This document shows, one piece after another, positions 59,150 through 64,000 of a stretch of DNA of 64,000 nucleotides; the first letter of the stretch is position 1; each line of letters begins with the position of its first letter. The position numbers and the translations under genes are program-made. The notes under the pieces were generated by a model, which ran no database searches, was not told where the DNA came from, and saw only the letters and a program-made list of their open reading frames with translations. The DNA is from Candidatus Bathyarchaeum tardum (GTDB lineage Archaea > Thermoproteota > Bathyarchaeia > Bathyarchaeales > Bathyarchaeaceae), in the NCBI GenBank assembly GCA_024650005.2, contig CP122380.1, forward strand, positions 1,952,001 through 2,016,000, given 5' to 3'.

Positions 59150-59620
59150 CTACGAATTCTTGTTTTTGACGGTTTTTTGTTCACAGTATTTTTTGAATTC
59201 ATCCATCCATCGTTTCATGAACATTGGTCGCTCAGAATACTCAGTTATGAACTCAACAAACCGCGAAAACTGCTGTATCGTGTTAGAGGTTAATTCGTGT
59301 TCAAGGATGTGGGCATCTTTGAGTGCCACATCTTTTGGAACCAACAGGATTTCTAAAAAATTTTTAAAAGTTTCATGGCGGTTCTCGATTAGTTCAGCTA
59401 TTTGTGTTCCACGGTCAGTTAACGTGATTCCACCATATTTTTCGTAAACAACTAAACCTTTTGTGTCTAGTTTTTTCATCATTTCCACGGCAGTAGGAGG
59501 CTTAACATCGAGTTCGCGGGCAACATCTTTGATGCGAACAAAGCCTTTTTTGTTAACCACTTCGTAGATTGCTCGCAGATAATCTTCGACTTTACTGGAA
59601 ATTCCTGCATCACTAACCAT
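59150..59620 (-). CDS. DtxR/MntR-family metal-dependent repressor
   Basis: EDYLRAIY, VRIKDVA, YEKYGGITLT, RHE, DAHILEH. Confidence 0.95.
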   Translation of the reverse strand: MVSDAGISSKVEDYLRAIYEVVNKKGFVRIKDVARELDVKPPTAVEMMKKLDTKGLVVYEKYGGITLTDRGTQIAELIENRHETFKNFLEILLVPKDVALKDAHILEHELTSNTIQQFSRFVEFITEYSERPMFMKRWMDEFKKYCEQKTVKNKNS

Positions 59621-59653
59621 TAAGTTTACCCTAAAAAGATTAGGTTAACTTAA
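59620..59653. promoter_or_regulatory. Autoregulatory DtxR-type boxes
   Basis: TTAGGTTAACTTAA (59640-59653) and TTAAGTTTACCCTAA (59620-59634). Confidence 0.65.
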
Positions 59654-59690
59654 CATTTAAAGTAAACGAAACAAAAAATGAAAATGCTGC

Positions 59691-60299
59691 CTAAAAACAG
59701 GTGGATTTACGAGCAATACACAAATAGCATCCGGGTTCGTCTTTGATGCTGATTTCTGTAAATCCAGAGGATTCAAGCAGATTTTTCATGTCCGCCATTT
59801 TGGGCAACAGGTCATGGGCTACCTGGTTTGAAACTTGTTTATGGTGATCTTTGAGTTCGTCGCTGCTGAAGGCATGAGAAATTACAAGTTTGCCTTCAGG
59901 TTTTAGCACATAATTGATGTTTTGAAGGACTTTTTGTTTGTTTTGCAGGTGAGGAAACACTCCAAAGCAGATAACTGTGTCAAAAGTTTCTGCTTGTAAT
60001 TGTTTTTCTTCGATGTTTCCCAGTTTTACGTTCACGTTTTTAAGGTGTTTATGTTTTGTTTTGCATAGTTGAACCATGTTTTCAGAAAAATCAAGGGCAG
60101 TAACTGAGCCTTCGGGTCCAAGTTCTTTAACCAAATATGGAATTAAAACGCCAGTGCCAGTGCCGACATCAAGAACGTTTTGTCCAGGTTTCAATCCAAA
60201 TTGGGGGACAAGTTTTTCCAAAAAAGAAGAAAGATGGGGAGTTAGAAATTTTTCGTCCCACGTGCTTGCGGCGTTGTCAAAGTAGTCTTTAGGGTTCAT
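59691..60299 (-). CDS. Class I SAM-dependent methyltransferase
   Basis: VLDVGTGTG, LDFSENM, LKPEGKLVISH. Confidence 0.9.
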   Translation of the reverse strand: MNPKDYFDNAASTWDEKFLTPHLSSFLEKLVPQFGLKPGQNVLDVGTGTGVLIPYLVKELGPEGSVTALDFSENMVQLCKTKHKHLKNVNVKLGNIEEKQLQAETFDTVICFGVFPHLQNKQKVLQNINYVLKPEGKLVISHAFSSDELKDHHKQVSNQVAHDLLPKMADMKNLLESSGFTEISIKDEPGCYLCIARKSTCF

Positions 60300-60309
60300 G
60301 GTTTTTGTC

Positions 60310-61272
60310 TCATTTCTTTTTGCGTGAATAAAGCATAACGGCTTCAGTTGCAGCAATTACAACTGCAATAACGGTGGTTATCTGATAAAGGGTTACTTGG
60401 TTTCCCAGGTTGATTTTTTCTGCTTTCAAAGCAGAAGCAATATGCCAAGTAGAAGCGCCCCTGAAGAGTTGTTCGGCATTGTAACGTAACATTTTGGCTA
60501 AAGTTTCAGTTCCGGGAATAGCCCCAGGGAAATTAGTTAACACCAAATGCTCTGCACCCACCTGTGAAGCAATTCCTCCACCAAAATCTGTGTCAATTTG
60601 AAGGTTATCCACGATTAAGGCTACATCGTCAGTGTGGGCAGTTTCTAATAAAGCGGTTATGTCCCCAGCAGACAGAGTTTCTGGAGGATTAAAAGTTGAA
60701 ACAACATTAAAGCCAGCAGATTCAATGAAGGTTTTAAGCCACCCCATGCAGATGACGTTCAAGTTTGAGGCTTCCAAACTTTCAGCTTGAGTTGTTATCC
60801 AAGTTGAAACTTGGTCAATTTCTGTTATCATTTCAGAGGTTTCTGAATCTAAATTGATTCCTAAGATTTGGCTAAGGTTTCCTCCTACATCACGTATGTA
60901 ACTTTTTGCGCCTTCAGGAGTGTTATAAACACCAGGGATTGCTACTACTGTTAGGTCATCGTTTCCTGCAGATTCAAGTAGGTTATCTAGCCAGAATTCT
61001 CCTTGAATGTTTTGTTTGAATAGAATTGTTGCTTTGCTTACTGCGTCCACGTATCCGGGTTTCAGATCAAAATCTGCTGGACACAACCCAGGCTGTACAA
61101 GCACTAAAACTTCGGCGTTATCATCTAGGAAGTCTTCAACTACGCTCCCTACTGCAGTTGTGGTGCATACGATTATTGGTTTTTCTGCAGTCTGGGCATG
61201 GGTTACTGACACTAACAGTAACGGAAGCATCAGTAAAGTCATACTAAAAGTAAATATTTTTTTGTTTTTCAT
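60310..61272 (-). CDS. Metal ABC transporter substrate-binding protein (ZnuA/TroA fold, atypical ligands)
   Basis: IIVCTTT, LVQPGLCPADFDLKP; signal peptide and C-terminal TM. Confidence 0.8.
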   Translation of the reverse strand: MKNKKIFTFSMTLLMLPLLLVSVTHAQTAEKPIIVCTTTAVGSVVEDFLDDNAEVLVLVQPGLCPADFDLKPGYVDAVSKATILFKQNIQGEFWLDNLLESAGNDDLTVVAIPGVYNTPEGAKSYIRDVGGNLSQILGINLDSETSEMITEIDQVSTWITTQAESLEASNLNVICMGWLKTFIESAGFNVVSTFNPPETLSAGDITALLETAHTDDVALIVDNLQIDTDFGGGIASQVGAEHLVLTNFPGAIPGTETLAKMLRYNAEQLFRGASTWHIASALKAEKINLGNQVTLYQITTVIAVVIAATEAVMLYSRKKK

Positions 61273-62096
61273 TTTTTGGGTTCCTCCTTTCTTTTTCGTT
61301 TAGGTGAAAGAAGAAGTGCAACAACAAAAACTATTGTTGAAACAATTACGATACAGGAACCTACAGGCAAATCAAAAAACAATGAAACAACCAGTCCTGT
61401 AACTGTTGTTGCCATCCCTACGAGGGGGGATGCGATTACTACTTTTCTCATGTTTTCTGAAAACTGCAAAACAGTAGAAGCAGGATTAAACAACAATGCA
61501 TAGATAAGCAATCCACCTACAAGTTTAAGGGAAAAAGTGATAACTACACCTGCTAGAAATATGATTAAGTACACGAAGGGTTTGGTGTTGATGCCATCTG
61601 CTTCGGCTAGTTTTCTGTTAAACATTATGGCGAATAATTCTTTCCAAACAAAATAGACCACAGCCAACGTAACTGCAAACAAGGTAGTAAGATACAACAA
61701 GTCACTGTTGGTCATGGAAATTATGCTGCCCCATAAGACGTTGGCTACTTGGCTGCTAAGTCCCACTTCGGGGGTCAAGGTTAGAAAAACGAAGGCTAAC
61801 GCCATGTTTAATGGAAAAACTATGCTTGTTATGGTGTCTGCATGTAAGCGTGCTTTATCTGCTATTGGACCTATGACCAAGGCTGTGCCAGATGCAAAAA
61901 GCAATCCGGTTACAAGGGGGTTTGTTGCTGTTGCTACTCCAAGGGCTGCTCCTGCAAAGGCTCCATGTGACATGGAATAACCAATGGCGGAAAGGCGCAT
62001 TCTGACCACAAAAACTCCAATTAGTCCCATTAAAAATCCAGCAAAAATGCAGGCGATTAGGGCTCTTTGCATTATGGCAAACTCTAGCCAAATCAT
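61269..62096 (-). CDS. Metal ABC transporter permease (ZnuB-like)
   Basis: MSHGAFAG, LWGSI, AEADGIN, KLVGGLLI. Confidence 0.92.
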   Translation of the reverse strand: MIWLEFAIMQRALIACIFAGFLMGLIGVFVVRMRLSAIGYSMSHGAFAGAALGVATATNPLVTGLLFASGTALVIGPIADKARLHADTITSIVFPLNMALAFVFLTLTPEVGLSSQVANVLWGSIISMTNSDLLYLTTLFAVTLAVVYFVWKELFAIMFNRKLAEADGINTKPFVYLIIFLAGVVITFSLKLVGGLLIYALLFNPASTVLQFSENMRKVVIASPLVGMATTVTGLVVSLFFDLPVGSCIVIVSTIVFVVALLLSPKRKRKEEPKK

Positions 62097-62848
62097 TGGC
62101 GATGTTCCTCCAAGTTAGTTGTGTGAGGATGGTTTTCCACAATAGGCAATGCTTGTTCAGGGGTTCCGTCAAAAGTTACTTTGCCACCAGTTATAACAAC
62201 AACCCGGTTGCAGTGATCCAGCATGTGATGGACATCATGAGTAACAATAAGGGTGGTTAAGTCTTGCTCATCATGAAGTTTAGTAATCAACAAAGGGATT
62301 TGTCCCCGTGAATCTGGGTCTAAATTACTGAAGGGCTCATCCAAAAGCAGGATTTTTGGTTTTTTAGCTAAAGCACGAGCCAGCATTACTTTTTGTTGTT
62401 GCCCACCAGAAAGTTTACCCATTGCCCGATCTGCTAGGTCTTCAATGCCGATTAGTTTCATTGCGTCGAGGGCTTTTTGTTTGTCTTCGGCTTCGGGTTG
62501 TTTAAGAAAACCAATTTGCCCGTATCGACCCATCAAAACTACGTCAAGGGCTTTGTAAGGTTCCCCAGGTTTGACCATAAAGTCTTGGGGCACATATCCG
62601 ATTTGACACCTGATTTTTTTGCCATTCGATTTTAGATCCAATCCAAAAACTGTTACTTTTCCGTTAAATGCAGGGAGCAACCCATTTATGGTTTCAATTA
62701 AAGTTGTTTTTCCAGACGCGTTTGGTCCGACGATGTAAACTAGCTCGTTTTGTTTGAAAGTTAGGTTGATTCCTTTGAGGGCGGGTCGTGTTTCGCCTTC
62801 ATAAACTGTTGAGACGTTTTCGAGCTTAATTATCGCGTCTTCAGACAT
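62093..62848 (-). CDS. Metal ABC transporter ATPase (ZnuC-like)
   Basis: GPNASGKTT, GYVPQ, LSGGQQQK, LLLDEP, VTHD. Confidence 0.93.
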   Translation of the reverse strand: MSEDAIIKLENVSTVYEGETRPALKGINLTFKQNELVYIVGPNASGKTTLIETINGLLPAFNGKVTVFGLDLKSNGKKIRCQIGYVPQDFMVKPGEPYKALDVVLMGRYGQIGFLKQPEAEDKQKALDAMKLIGIEDLADRAMGKLSGGQQQKVMLARALAKKPKILLLDEPFSNLDPDSRGQIPLLITKLHDEQDLTTLIVTHDVHHMLDHCNRVVVITGGKVTFDGTPEQALPIVENHPHTTNLEEHRQ

Positions 62849-62893
62849 AATTTTGGAGGTCTCCCTTGAAGTTACAAGCAAAAACACTTTACA

Positions 62894-62921
62894 GTATTAC
62901 TATTAATTCTTTTCGTAATAC
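62894..62921. promoter_or_regulatory. NikR-like operator
   Basis: GTATTAC-N14-GTAATAC (= GTATTA-N16-TAATAC) about 45 nt upstream of the ABC operon. Confidence 0.6.
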
Positions 62922-63210
62922 GACATGATTATTAAATGTTTAGTAAACGACACAAACCCAATTGAAGCAAACTAAATACCAAGGGATTTTTGAATTCTAC
63001 ATCTAAAAGGGGTATCACATTTGGTTCAGTTAAAGTGTTGTTGTACGGGCAATAATTTTTCAGCCGAACAACAACATTAGACACACCTAGGATAAAAGCT
63101 AATTAAACAAGATCACCAAAAATTCAAGGCAATCTGCATGATATCAACAAGAATTTGGGCTAAACATTTAAACCTCCCATGCGTTGAAATCCATAGAAAA
63201 AATCAGGAAG

Positions 63211-64000
63211 TTGACCAAAACGGCGAAATGTAAATTCTGTGGTGACGATGTTACGCTGCCCTTCAAGTGTAAGTATTGTGGGGACTCCTTTTGTGGGGAT
63301 CATCGCATTCCAGAAAGCCATAACTGTCCTGAAGCGTGGAGAGCAAAAGCCCCAAGAGAGACTCCACCGATTGTGGGTAAACAATGGTCTGCTCAGCCAA
63401 AATACAAATACACTGTGTCGTACGCGCCACAAAATTCTCGCGTGTTTTGGTTTAGCAAAAAAGAACTCCAACATTTACTCTTAGGAACACTGTTGGTCAT
63501 GGCAGTTGGTTTAAGTTTCTTTTTGAATACAAGTTCATCAACAATAATCATTGTGGGATTAACAATAGCTTTCACATTGTCATTTCTTTTACACGAAATT
63601 GCCCACAAATTTTCAGCTCAACATTTCAACATGTGGGCAGAATTTCGGCTAACCCTGCAAGGCGCCCTCATCACGTTGCTTTCAGCCTTTTTGCCTCCGC
63701 CCTTTAAGATCATCTCTCCAGGAGCTGTAATGATTGCAGGGTCAGGAAACCTTGAAACCATCGGAAAAGTTGCAGTTTCTGGACCGATAACAAATATTGG
63801 TCTTTCTGTAATTTGTGCTTTTATTGCCGCGGTTACAAATCAGGGTCTTTTCTGGGTTGTTGCGTTTATCAACGCATTTTTGGCGACGTTTAACCTTATA
63901 CCCTTTGGAATAATTGATGGGATGAAAGTTTACAAGTGGAACAAACTAGTGTGGGCAACAGTGTTTGCTGTTGCAGTTGGCTTGATGGCTTTAACGTATA
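63211..64000 (+). CDS. AN1 zinc finger fused to an M50 (site-2) intramembrane protease; runs off the window end
   Basis: CKFC...PFKCKYCGDSFCGDHRIPESHNC; HEIAH, GPITN, FNLIPFGIIDG. Confidence 0.9.
   Translation, partial: MTKTAKCKFCGDDVTLPFKCKYCGDSFCGDHRIPESHNCPEAWRAKAPRETPPIVGKQWSAQPKYKYTVSYAPQNSRVFWFSKKELQHLLLGTLLVMAVGLSFFLNTSSSTIIIVGLTIAFTLSFLLHEIAHKFSAQHFNMWAEFRLTLQGALITLLSAFLPPPFKIISPGAVMIAGSGNLETIGKVAVSGPITNIGLSVICAFIAAVTNQGLFWVVAFINAFLATFNLIPFGIIDGMKVYKWNKLVWATVFAVAVGLMALTY

Noticed and set aside
3656-63608. Many antisense or out-of-frame ORFs in the track (e.g. 3656-4189, 39721-40161, 55457-56041, 63160-63474)
   Set aside because: Shadows of well-supported genes, with no recognisable motifs.

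Overview
Archaeal chromosomal segment, most consistent with Ca. Bathyarchaeia (TACK). Evidence: TFB, Nep1, Rpp21, S19e/L39e/L31e/eIF6/LX/prefoldin/FtsY cluster, S26e, archaeal ThrRS/ProRS, many TTG/GTG starts, and PQQ- and NosD-type surface proteins. It holds about 65 CDS, tRNA-Asn, tRNA-Met with a non-canonical 45/46 intron, a DtxR-boxed feo operon and a metal ABC transporter with a NikR-like operator. No CRISPR, rRNA, transposase or integrase was seen. Best candidate for an undescribed system: intergenic hairpins closed by bulge-helix-bulge (BHB) splicing motifs that are not part of any tRNA or rRNA. There are two homologous, covarying copies (18374-18494 and 37914-38036) and an unrelated third (58900-58985). 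Each would be excised as a 72-94 nt, probably circular, RNA exposing anti-Shine-Dalgarno/anti-start-codon sequence. One copy is complementary to the 5' leader of the gene it follows. Also notable: a 2.6 kb integrase-less island inserted into the 3' end of a DUF355 gene, and a multi-branched RNA candidate upstream of dodecin. All structures and alignments were derived by eye; no database search or folding program was run.
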